The notes under the pieces were generated by a model. It was not told the origin of the DNA and did not search any database. It saw nothing but the letters and a program-made list of their open reading frames with translations. Shown in pieces: positions 7,861 through 16,587 of a stretch of DNA of 64,000 nt. How positions within the stretch are numbered: the stretch's first letter is position 1; each line of letters starts with the position of its first letter. Both the position numbers and the translations under genes were made by a program. This stretch comes from a virus, in the IMG/VR virus record IMGVR_UViG_3300046733_001096, positions 14,947 to 78,946 of that record, one strand, 5' to 3'.

Positions 7861-9618
7861 TTATCTAGTGCCGTTTGGTAGTAGAGAATAGTCAACCTGA
7901 TAGAAACCATTTTCATGTAATGTAACTGCATTGGCATACTTTGTTTCAAGTAATTCTTGTGCCATTACACCTTTTTGTTCTACACTATCACCAACATAGT
8001 TATAAGTATAAACACTAAGACCATCAACTGTGTTGACTAGTTTTACATTTTCTTTAAGACGGGTATCACTGAATAATTTCTTAAATGATTTACCTACAGA
8101 TTTTGCTGCATCCTTGGCTGCTTTCGCTGCGGCATTTGCTGCATCTTCTGCGGCTTTTGCTGCGGCATTTGCTGCATCAGTGATTGCCTTCGATGCATCA
8201 TTGATTGCATTATTACAAGTATTGATAGCATCATTACAACCTTTAATTGCTGTATTCGCACCATTCAGCATATTTTGTGCGCTGAATGTTTTTTCTGTCC
8301 AGTTAGCAACATCATTTGCTGCATTTGTTATTGCCTTGCCTGCATCCTCAATAGCCTGACCTGTATCGTCTACCGCTTTTTGTGCACCTTTATAAGTTTG
8401 TTCCGCTTGTTTCGCCACATCGTTTGCAACTTTTTCAGCATCTTTGGCTGCTTTAATTGCTTCATCTTGTGCCTTATCAATTCCATCAGTTACGTGATCC
8501 ATTGCATCTTCAATTGTTCCGCCAGCATCAAGGATTGCTTGTGCCCCATCTACTAGTGGACCAATATCAACGTCAACGTCAACATCAATATCTAATCCAA
8601 CAAGTAATGCAGCCTTGCCATCAATACCGAAACTGATTGTGTCATCCTCATATGTAGCGTGTGCAGAACCTTGTGCCCCAACTTGTGCACCAACACTCAC
8701 TTCAGTACTACCTGATACTTCAGCACCGCCCAAATGTGCTGATCCACTTGCTTCTGCACCTACACTTGCACCTGCAATAGCACCTGCTTCTACTGATGCA
8801 CCATGTTCACCAATACTTGCACTTGCTCCCGCTTCCGCATATGCTTCAGCATGTACATTTGCTTCGCCGTCTGCGCCCGCATCTACTGAAATATCGCCTA
8901 ATGGTGTATCTAGGCCTACACTTGCATCTACTGATCCACTTGCTCCTGCTTCTGCACGTGCACTGGCGCCAACTGATGCAGCGGCAGTTGCATCACTACC
9001 ATCCCAGCCTCCACTTGCATTAGCGTGTGCTTCTGCTTCTGCACTTGCATGTGCTTCTGCTTCACCTTCTGCACCAGCGTGTGCTGTTCCTAATGGACCT
9101 AAGTCTTGCTCTGCATGCGCTTCACCACTTGTGCTTGCACTTGCTTCTGCACTTGCATGTGCTTCTGCGCCTGCTGCAAAAGAACTACCATCTGATTGAA
9201 ATCCTGCACTTGCGCCTGCCTCTGCACTAGCACTTGCTTGCGCACTACCGCTTGCGCCAGCCTGATCGTTTCCCACTGATCCACCAGTTTCAACTGATGC
9301 ACCTGCAGCAACACTAACAGTATATTGTGGTTTTGAAACTTTTACAACATTCGCTTGTGCATTAGCAACAGCGGCAGCAGCAGCATTATAATCTGCCTCT
9401 GCTTGTTTTTCCGCTGCCTCTGCGGCAGCATGATCTGCCTCTGCTTTATCATGTGCTGCTTGTGCATCACGTTGTTGTTGTTCTGCATTTGCTTTTTTGG
9501 CTTCTGCATCTGCTTTGTCTTTTTGTGCTTGTGCCTTATCTGCCTGTGCTTGTTGCTTCTTTTTTTGTTCTTGGGCTTTTTGTTGTTCTGCCCGTTTCTT
9601 GTCGTCCTCTGCGCTCAT
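7861..9618 (-). CDS. coiled-coil plus Gly/Ala beta-rich protein with C-terminal peptidase S74 autocleaving chaperone
   Basis: C-terminal SDTRLKENV...YTYNY...GVMAQEL...VDYS; central alternating GxAxA strands. Confidence 0.75.
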   Translation of the reverse strand: MSAEDDKKRAEQQKAQEQKKKQQAQADKAQAQKDKADAEAKKANAEQQQRDAQAAHDKAEADHAAAEAAEKQAEADYNAAAAAVANAQANVVKVSKPQYTVSVAAGASVETGGSVGNDQAGASGSAQASASAEAGASAGFQSDGSSFAAGAEAHASAEASASTSGEAHAEQDLGPLGTAHAGAEGEAEAHASAEAEAHANASGGWDGSDATAAASVGASARAEAGASGSVDASVGLDTPLGDISVDAGADGEANVHAEAYAEAGASASIGEHGASVEAGAIAGASVGAEASGSAHLGGAEVSGSTEVSVGAQVGAQGSAHATYEDDTISFGIDGKAALLVGLDIDVDVDVDIGPLVDGAQAILDAGGTIEDAMDHVTDGIDKAQDEAIKAAKDAEKVANDVAKQAEQTYKGAQKAVDDTGQAIEDAGKAITNAANDVANWTEKTFSAQNMLNGANTAIKGCNDAINTCNNAINDASKAITDAANAAAKAAEDAANAAAKAAKDAAKSVGKSFKKLFSDTRLKENVKLVNTVDGLSVYTYNYVGDSVEQKGVMAQELLETKYANAVTLHENGFYQVDYSLLPNGTR

Positions 9619-9657
9619 ATTATTATTCCTTTGCTTTTTTTTATTTTAAGATTAATC

Positions 9658-9789
9658 TTATTTGTATTTTCCATCAATGTCATAATATGCGGAATTATAT
9701 ATTGCCCAAGATATACTATTATGTATTTTGTGTTCTTGTTTTCTTAACTTTTTATACCATTGTGAGTAAAGTATAACACGTTTTTTCAT
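9658..9789 (-). CDS. small hypothetical protein (43 aa)
   Basis: Manual translation MKKRVILYSQWYKKLRKQEHKIHNSISWAIYNSAYYDIDGKYK. Confidence 0.45.
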   Translation of the reverse strand: MKKRVILYSQWYKKLRKQEHKIHNSISWAIYNSAYYDIDGKYK

Positions 9790-9805
9790 TATTGTCAACA
9801 ATTTT

Positions 9806-10780
9806 TTACTTTTTCCATTCACCTAATAAACTTCCATCTTTTAAATGTTGCAATCTATCATTCCACTTTACTTCTTCGCCTTGTTTGATAATATTATCAA
9901 TATTTTCAATGTAAGAATCCATAAAGTGATCCGGTAATTCTTTGCCTATTTCATAAAATGAAAAACTTTCTCTTGCTGCAAATAACCAAAAACTATTTAC
10001 ACCAAAATTTAAACTATCGGGCTCTTCAAGGTAACAATACTTCCCATCTTCTAATAGTTTTATTAGTTCGCCTGTATGTGCATATCTATGCATATGTGTG
10101 CCTGCTGGGGGGACTAGAGAAACAACATCTGTTTCATTTACTACACGTGTAAGTTTAATCTTACCGCGCATTTTGCGAATACCCTGTGATGATGTAACTT
10201 TAGGTTGTCCAAAATTGATACATTCCGCTACATTGTAACCTGAGTAGTCTAAATACCAACTAACAATTAATGCTTCTGCTGCGCCTAAACTATGACCGGT
10301 TACATATGTTGTCCATGTTTTATCCAATCGTGAAATTAGATCATCTGCAATCATTTCTGCAGTTTTATGAAATCCTTTATGCAGTTCTATACCAAGTCTA
10401 AAACTTTTACTACGTAAGAAATTTATGTCTTGCATAGCATTATGTGAATTGCACGTGCCACGAATAGAAATGTATTGTTTTTTATTCATTTCATCAAGTA
10501 ATACTATATACTTAATATCATTGATTTCATTTATATACAGTTCATATCCATCATATAAGTTTCTTATAATATCATTATCTTTTTTATATGAGGCTCTAGC
10601 AAAATTAGCAAACCATTTTATATTTTCCCAATCAACTTCGTGTGATTTTGTAAAATTTTGTTTGAATTTACTCTCAAGTGAATAACGTTTAATCATCCAC
10701 TTACGAACTCTTTTTGCAATTTTAGATATTATCCATCCTTGCACGATCCATCTAATCATATATGACATTATAAAACTCAT
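9806..10780 (-). CDS. lipase class 3 family protein
   Basis: ISIRGT, HKGF, VTGHSLGAA, FGQP, RVVNETDVV, catalytic-type DH; late motif TATAAATAC upstream. Confidence 0.9.
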   Translation of the reverse strand: MSFIMSYMIRWIVQGWIISKIAKRVRKWMIKRYSLESKFKQNFTKSHEVDWENIKWFANFARASYKKDNDIIRNLYDGYELYINEINDIKYIVLLDEMNKKQYISIRGTCNSHNAMQDINFLRSKSFRLGIELHKGFHKTAEMIADDLISRLDKTWTTYVTGHSLGAAEALIVSWYLDYSGYNVAECINFGQPKVTSSQGIRKMRGKIKLTRVVNETDVVSLVPPAGTHMHRYAHTGELIKLLEDGKYCYLEEPDSLNFGVNSFWLFAARESFSFYEIGKELPDHFMDSYIENIDNIIKQGEEVKWNDRLQHLKDGSLLGEWKK

Positions 10781-10814
10781 TATAGTACTCCTACACTGAG
10801 TGTATTTATAACAT

Positions 10815-12221
10815 TTAGTATTTCATATTATCGTCAATAGGTTTAGTTTCAGTTGAGGATTGTACCATTGTAAAAAGTGTTCTAACACCAAAACCCACTG
10901 CACCAGATGGAGTAATATCATTGCCACTTTCAGTCCATGCCATACCAGCAATATCCAAGTGTGCCCAATTACGATGGTTATCTACAAAACGGTATAAAAA
11001 CTCTGCTGCTGTGGTTGAACCTCCGCCCTTACCACCAATGTTTTTCATATCTGCAATCTTTGAGTCAATCATTTTATTCCAGTTTTTGCCCATTGGCATT
11101 CTCCAGAACCCTTCTCCTGCCAACTCGCCATGCTCAATAATAGTGTTACCGAACTCTGTAGAATTTGTAAATAGACCTGCCATTTCGTGTCCTAAAGATA
11201 CAAGTATTGCACCTGTTAATGTCGCAAGATCAATAATGCGGTTTGGATCATATTCTGATTGTACGTAAGTTAAAATATCTGCCAGAACCAAACGTCCTTC
11301 TGCATCAGTATTCAAATTTTCTACAGTTTGACCACTCAATGAAGTAACAATATCACCAGGCTTAATTGCATTACCATCAGGCATATTTTCAACAAGTCCG
11401 ACAATACCAACCACATTAGTTTGTACATTTTGTTCAGCGATTGCATGCATTGCTCCTACAACTGCAGCACTGCCTCCCATATCGAATTTCATATCGCCCA
11501 TACCTGCACTTGGTTTAATAGAAATACCACCTGTATCAAATGTGACGCCTTTGCCCACTAGAGCAATAGGTTGTTCATCTGATCCTGCATTCCATTCCAT
11601 TACTACTACATACGAATCTTTACGTGAACCTTGCCCGACACTCAGTAGCAAATCAAACCCCATTGTTTCTAATTGTGATTGGTGAAACACTCTAACATTA
11701 ATACCCAATGGTGTTAGCACTTGATTTATACGTTGTGCATAGGTTGCGGGATATAAAACATTACCTGGTTCAGATACAAGGTCACGTGCAAATGTAATAC
11801 TGTTGTGAATTGATACCTCACGAACCGCATCGATATGAACTGCCAACGTGTCATTATCTTTCTTAGATTTATATTTCTCAAAATTATATAATGCTAATTG
11901 CGATCCTTCAAAAATAGATTCATTAAAATCATTATTGATTTCAAAGTAAAGATTATCAACATTGCCTTTATACTGCTTTGCTAGTTTGCCACCAAAGTTA
12001 CGCCATTCATTATGGGTATGAGCATTTGTTTTTATTACAGTAATAGAATCAACATTAATTTTAGATGGGAATGATATTGTGACTTCTCCAGTATCTTTTG
12101 TTGCCAGAGATTTTAGTCCACACACGCTAGATACTGCGCCACCTGATTTTTTATCAAGTGCTTTATATTCCTTGGAATCATATAATACTACAATTGCGGA
12201 GTTGGGTTCATAGGAACTCAT
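10815..12221 (-). CDS. pepA: leucyl aminopeptidase (M17)
   Basis: LVGKGVTFDTGGISIK, MKFDMGG, NTDAEGRL, DLATLTGA, HLDIAG. Confidence 0.95.
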   Translation of the reverse strand: MSSYEPNSAIVVLYDSKEYKALDKKSGGAVSSVCGLKSLATKDTGEVTISFPSKINVDSITVIKTNAHTHNEWRNFGGKLAKQYKGNVDNLYFEINNDFNESIFEGSQLALYNFEKYKSKKDNDTLAVHIDAVREVSIHNSITFARDLVSEPGNVLYPATYAQRINQVLTPLGINVRVFHQSQLETMGFDLLLSVGQGSRKDSYVVVMEWNAGSDEQPIALVGKGVTFDTGGISIKPSAGMGDMKFDMGGSAAVVGAMHAIAEQNVQTNVVGIVGLVENMPDGNAIKPGDIVTSLSGQTVENLNTDAEGRLVLADILTYVQSEYDPNRIIDLATLTGAILVSLGHEMAGLFTNSTEFGNTIIEHGELAGEGFWRMPMGKNWNKMIDSKIADMKNIGGKGGGSTTAAEFLYRFVDNHRNWAHLDIAGMAWTESGNDITPSGAVGFGVRTLFTMVQSSTETKPIDDNMKY

Positions 12222-12661
12222 TATTTAAATCCTCTTTCTTTCATTAATTCATTATGTTTTTCTATGTATTCATCTTTAAATTTTGGATGTTGTGCATAAT
12301 AATTTGCACCTTTACCACCAGTATGTGCAAGTCTCACACTGCCTGGAAAACCATCAACATCATTTTTATGTCTAGGGATAAAATGAATATGAGGCCACAT
12401 AACTGTTTGTCCTGCTGCTTCGCCCATATTCATACCAAAGTGGTAAGCATCAATTTCACCTTTACTTCTAAGTTTATCTCCATACTCTACTGTTGCTTCT
12501 AATGTAAGTGTGATAAACTTTATATTATTTTGTTTAGGAATAAACAGTAAATGACCATCACACACTGGCCATTTGTCTTCATATATTGCATAGTAATATT
12601 CATTTTGAAGTTGTAGATGTTCTGATTGTTCAAACGGAGTGTCTTCAAATTTTTCAATCAT
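12221..12661 (-). CDS. HIT family hydrolase
   Basis: GHLLFIPK, AAGQTVMWPHIHFIPR; start taken at MIEKF, overlapping the upstream stop. Confidence 0.85.
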   Translation of the reverse strand: MIEKFEDTPFEQSEHLQLQNEYYYAIYEDKWPVCDGHLLFIPKQNNIKFITLTLEATVEYGDKLRSKGEIDAYHFGMNMGEAAGQTVMWPHIHFIPRHKNDVDGFPGSVRLAHTGGKGANYYAQHPKFKDEYIEKHNELMKERGFK

Positions 12662-13370
12662 GCCAAGCATCCAATATTGGCAATAAATGTGAAACAACTG
12701 TTGCTGATTTTTTTGAACTTTCATCCACAAATGTATCAAAATCTGTATGCGAATCATTGCCTGCAAGATCGCTTAATACTCTGACAACCATGAATGGCAC
12801 ATTACATTGACAACATACTTGTGCCAATGCAGCGCCTTCCATTTCTATAGCATCAGCATTAAATTGTATATGAAACATTTCTCTTGTCTGCGCACAACTA
12901 AGATATGTGTCACCTGTGATTATTGTTCCAAATTTTACATCTTTGCCCAAATGAGATTGTAAATAGTTTTGCATTTCGCTACTCATTTCAAATGAGATTG
13001 GATCAGTTGTATCCTCTAGTGATGGAAAACTTCCTGGTAAACTGGAGTATACTTCTCCGTTTACGATAGCACCATAATCGTGTTGAATAAGTTTGTTAGC
13101 AATTATAACATCGCCGATATTTAAGTTTGGATTTAATCCACCGGCAACCCCACTGAATACAATACCCAAACATCCAAAGTGTGAAATTAATATTGTTGTT
13201 GTGACTGCAGCATTTACTTTTCCAATACCACACTCCGCAGCAATAACATCGATCCCATTAATCTTACCAATTTGAAATTTCTTTTTCATAACTGTTTTAG
13301 TTATTGGGGCATCATCCCATTTAATTTTTGAATACTCTTCTGGAATAGCGGAAATCATTCCGACTGTCAT
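12654..13370 (-). CDS. mtnN: 5'-methylthioadenosine/S-adenosylhomocysteine nucleosidase
   Basis: GIGKVNAA, SGVAGG, QHD, TGD, IEMEGAALAQ, RVLSDLAG. Confidence 0.92.
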   Translation of the reverse strand: MTVGMISAIPEEYSKIKWDDAPITKTVMKKKFQIGKINGIDVIAAECGIGKVNAAVTTTILISHFGCLGIVFSGVAGGLNPNLNIGDVIIANKLIQHDYGAIVNGEVYSSLPGSFPSLEDTTDPISFEMSSEMQNYLQSHLGKDVKFGTIITGDTYLSCAQTREMFHIQFNADAIEMEGAALAQVCCQCNVPFMVVRVLSDLAGNDSHTDFDTFVDESSKKSATVVSHLLPILDAWHD

Positions 13371-13373
13371 TAA

Positions 13374-14108
13374 TTAATCCTCTTCAACATTATATTCTAG
13401 CATATAACTTATTGCCAGATGTCCTTGTATACTTCTATCTATGTTTTTATTATATACTATTACATCAGAAATGTCAACATCTATATTACTTACCAACTTG
13501 TCTAAATTAAATGGATTTTCTTCTGGTTTAATATAAGTATTATATTCATCTAAGTGCGATTTATAATTATATTTCTCTAATAAAAATGCAGTAGTTTTAT
13601 CTTGTGGTGATCCAGGAATCGTATGAAAGTCGCCAGCAATAATAGTAGGCCTATCTTTATATAGATTTAATAAAAACTCAATATCAGACTTTCTATCTAA
13701 ATCATTGATAAGTGTTGAATTAACATCACTAGTATCTTGTGGATAACAAGGCAAAAACGTAATAATATTTACACCGTCAAGTTGCGCTCTTAATGCAGTG
13801 CACCCTTGAGACTTATGATTTTCACCAATTTTTACCACCTTTTCATAAGATGGTAATGTAATACTTTTCATCTTTGAAAATAGATGACCTGAATGATTTT
13901 TCCCCATTGCAACACATAAATTACCTACACCAGGTGTAGATTCCAAAAAGAACAATCTGCAACCTATTATGGATTCTATCTCTTTTTTTGCTTCCATTGG
14001 TACACGTTGTAGTAGGAATACATCTACATCTTTGGCTGCATTGCGTAAATATTCTATTCCCCACTGCATGCCATCCATATTATATTGTAATACTCTAATA
14101 TTAGGCAT
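13374..14108 (-). CDS. endonuclease/exonuclease/phosphatase family protein
   Basis: VLQYN, DVFLLQ, IIAGDFH, LDK, GHLAI; somewhat divergent. Confidence 0.65.
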   Translation of the reverse strand: MPNIRVLQYNMDGMQWGIEYLRNAAKDVDVFLLQRVPMEAKKEIESIIGCRLFFLESTPGVGNLCVAMGKNHSGHLFSKMKSITLPSYEKVVKIGENHKSQGCTALRAQLDGVNIITFLPCYPQDTSDVNSTLINDLDRKSDIEFLLNLYKDRPTIIAGDFHTIPGSPQDKTTAFLLEKYNYKSHLDEYNTYIKPEENPFNLDKLVSNIDVDISDVIVYNKNIDRSIQGHLAISYMLEYNVEED

Positions 14109-14112
14109 TAAA

Positions 14113-14427
14113 TTATTCCGCAGGCTCTATACTAGTTGAAAGAGAGAATCCATTATTTCTAGCAGCACGGGTTGTTTCTTCTACTTTTTGTTCTGCTATT
14201 TCCATATAATACATTCCAACAATTGCGCTACCTTCTTGATGAATTTTACCTGCTAGATCAGATGATGTTTCCATGGTATGACCAAATAGTTTCATTAATA
14301 CTTCAATCACAAAATCAAATGGAGTAGTATCATCGTTATGCATGACCACATAAAATCTTTTGGGCGAATCTAATCCCAAATCTATTTCATCAAGACTTGA
14401 TGTTAATGTTCTTTCATCTGCTATCAT
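14113..14427 (-). CDS. clpS: Clp protease adaptor ClpS
   Basis: YVVMHNDDTTPFDFVIEVL...IHQEGSAIVG.Y..EIAEQK; start placed after the terminator and late motif. Confidence 0.9.
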   Translation of the reverse strand: MIADERTLTSSLDEIDLGLDSPKRFYVVMHNDDTTPFDFVIEVLMKLFGHTMETSSDLAGKIHQEGSAIVGMYYMEIAEQKVEETTRAARNNGFSLSTSIEPAE

Positions 14428-14463
14428 AATTTTTTGTCCGTATTTTTGTGCTGTATATTTATC

Positions 14464-14494
14464 AAAAAAGAGAGGGATATTACTATCCCTCTCC
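14464..14494 (-). terminator. intrinsic terminator after hsp20
   Basis: GAGAGGGAT-AGTAAT-ATCCCTCTC followed by a T run. Confidence 0.8.
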
Positions 14495-14513
14495 TGATAT
14501 AATATCACAATTA

Positions 14514-14930
14514 TTATCTAATTGCAATAGTTTTAGGTTGTTTTTCTTCAGGAACTTTTCGTTCAAGAGATACAAATAATAATCCATCTTCCATAGTTGC
14601 ATCAATTACTTCAACATAATCAGCAAGTTTCCATTCTCTGGTGAATGCACGATTTGCAATTCCACGATGGATGTATTCACGGCCCTCTTGATCAATTTCA
14701 GGTTTTGAACCGGAAATAGTTAGTAGACCTTCTTTAACCGTGATTTCAATATCACCACGACTAAAACCTGCTAGTGCTAATGTAATTTGATATTTGTCTT
14801 CATCAATAGACTCTACATTATATGGTGGATAACCAGTGTTATCCAAACGATTGAAATCATTTAGTAGTCTATCAAAACCCAATACTGAGCGATGAAAATC
14901 TGGTAAGTTTAATGTTGTTACTCTTGTCAT
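14514..14930 (-). CDS. small heat-shock protein (Hsp20/IbpA type)
   Basis: GFDRL, YPPYNV, LALAGF, YIHRGIANRAF, DGLL; start MTRVTT with SD AGGAG. Confidence 0.92.
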   Translation of the reverse strand: MTRVTTLNLPDFHRSVLGFDRLLNDFNRLDNTGYPPYNVESIDEDKYQITLALAGFSRGDIEITVKEGLLTISGSKPEIDQEGREYIHRGIANRAFTREWKLADYVEVIDATMEDGLLFVSLERKVPEEKQPKTIAIR

Positions 14931-14982
14931 TTTGTTTCTCCTTTTAATAAGCAAGAATATAGAATCCCAATAGGCGATTCCA
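14931..14982 (-). promoter_or_regulatory. ROSE-like RNA thermometer in the hsp20 leader
   Basis: Hairpin GAAUCGCC-UAUU-GGGAUUC, then UUCUUGCUU able to pair with AAGGAGAA (SD) with a bulged G. Confidence 0.7.
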
Positions 14983-14997
14983 GTTAAACAGATGTTA

Positions 14998-15534
14998 CTA
15001 CTCTTTAGTAACACCTGAAAGTTTTTGTAGGCGGCGGATGAAACCTTCATCATCACGTTCACCTTCAAAAACAAATGTGTTTGACTTTTTGTTGTTTCGC
15101 AACTTAGTATACATTTCGCCTGCTTTGCCAGGACTTAATGTACCTACGTCAAACATTTCGTCACCAGATTTATCATAGACTTTTGCGCCCTTATTATCTT
15201 TAATAAGTACACCGTCTTGATTATAACTTGCACCAAGTTCAATCATCTGTTGACGAAACTTTTCGTCTGTTCCCTCTGGAGCAATAACGAAAAGTGAATC
15301 TTCTGCCACATGTACTTCTTCTGGAGTGCCTTGATTTTCAATCCAATAGCCGTCCACAAAAAAGAAGCCATAACCTAACTTACGAATAGTTGCCGCAAGT
15401 TGCTTGTTACGCCTTACATTCTCTTCACGGTCATACTCGCCACGAAATGCTGTTAAAAGAGCAATAGGTCTATCTGACTTTGCGTGTTGCCAAATACGTG
15501 ATAACGATGCCTCTTGTACATGTGTCTGTGTCAT
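14998..15534 (-). CDS. conserved phage hypothetical protein
   Basis: EASLSRIWQH...LTAFRG...NKQL...GY...GYWIE...EDSLFV...YNQDGVL. Confidence 0.65.
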   Translation of the reverse strand: MTQTHVQEASLSRIWQHAKSDRPIALLTAFRGEYDREENVRRNKQLAATIRKLGYGFFFVDGYWIENQGTPEEVHVAEDSLFVIAPEGTDEKFRQQMIELGASYNQDGVLIKDNKGAKVYDKSGDEMFDVGTLSPGKAGEMYTKLRNNKKSNTFVFEGERDDEGFIRRLQKLSGVTKE

Positions 15535-15582
15535 TTTATCTCCCAGTAATTAATATAATGTATTTATTTAATAATGTCAATA

Positions 15583-15819
15583 CTATACACCAATTTTTTC
15601 TGAAAAAAGTTTAATTTCTTTTGCAGGACCAATATTACAAGGTAAATCACCATGTTCATCAATGTAATGCTGTATTACTGCTTTATACCATAATTGGCTA
15701 TTATGATGTGCTTGTTTGTTGAATTTAGCAATGCCACCTGAAGAACCATCCATGGTAAGTAACGCTCTGGATGATTCTTTCTGCAATGTTCTTAAATCTA
15801 GTGTATCTAAATCTATCAT
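15583..15819 (-). CDS. hypothetical protein
   Basis: 78-aa ORF coupled to the bS21 gene by an ATGA overlap. Confidence 0.65.
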   Translation of the reverse strand: MIDLDTLDLRTLQKESSRALLTMDGSSGGIAKFNKQAHHNSQLWYKAVIQHYIDEHGDLPCNIGPAKEIKLFSEKIGV

Positions 15820-16070
15820 ATATTATCTTGTTGGCGTTTCATTTTTTGCCAACGCTTGCGTCCTGCATCTTTTGCTTTACGTTTGATTTCACTTGGCTTT
15901 ACGAATTCTTTTCTAGTTCTAATTTCTTGTACTAGTCCCTCTTCGGTGCATTTCTTTTTAAATCTACGAAATGCCTTTTCAAAGTTTCCATTTTTTACTT
16001 CTACTGTCATGCCAGACTTCGCATATCTGTCAGCGTCATTTCCTTTTACATAGTGATTATTTTTAGTCAT
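15816..16070 (-). CDS. rpsU: ribosomal protein bS21
   Basis: VEVKNGNFEKAFRRFKKKC..EGLVQEIR.RKEFVKPSEIKRK. Confidence 0.9.
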   Translation of the reverse strand: MTKNNHYVKGNDADRYAKSGMTVEVKNGNFEKAFRRFKKKCTEEGLVQEIRTRKEFVKPSEIKRKAKDAGRKRWQKMKRQQDNI

Positions 16071-16587
16071 TTTTTTGTATTAAACCTGTAATTCTATTGC
16101 CATTTAATTTTAATGGCTGTTCATATTTCCAGTTGGCCAGACTGTTAGAAATCATTTCTATAAAATATGCCAGTACATCTTGCGACTTGGCATTTTCACG
16201 GCCTTTCATTTGTATTGTTATTTTAACTTTAGAACCATTATCAATAAACTTTTGTGCTTGGCGCATCTTTATTTGCAAGTCATGGATACCAATGCCGGGT
16301 CTAAATTTAACTTCTTTAACTTCAATAGCATTAGCCCTAGCAGATTTTGCTTGTGCCTTTTGTCGCTTTTTAAGTTCGTAGTTATATTTATTAACACTTA
16401 CAACACGTGCCACTGGAGGGTTTGCATCTGGAACAATAAGAACCAAGTCAAGGTTTTCATTTATTGCAATGTGTTGGGCATCAGCATTTGACATTACGCC
16501 AAGTGCCTCGCCATTATTTCCAATGATGCGTAACTCGCTACTAGTAATATGCTCATTGATTATTAATGTGGATTTGTTTTTATCCAT
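16063..16587 (-). CDS. infC: translation initiation factor IF-3
   Basis: INEHI...LRII...GVM...LDLV...PPVAR...KEVKFRPGIGIHD...KVKITIQMKGRE. Confidence 0.92.
   Translation of the reverse strand: MDKNKSTLIINEHITSSELRIIGNNGEALGVMSNADAQHIAINENLDLVLIVPDANPPVARVVSVNKYNYELKKRQKAQAKSARANAIEVKEVKFRPGIGIHDLQIKMRQAQKFIDNGSKVKITIQMKGRENAKSQDVLAYFIEMISNSLANWKYEQPLKLNGNRITGLIQKND

Noticed and set aside
7861-9618. DNA-level tandem repeat or diversity-generating target
   Set aside because: Repetition is low-complexity protein coding with varied codons; no exact repeat units, template/variable pair or reverse transcriptase seen
6710-9776. Long plus-strand ORFs opposite the Ala-rich genes
   Set aside because: Antisense frames kept open by GCN-rich codons; no SD or recognisable motifs
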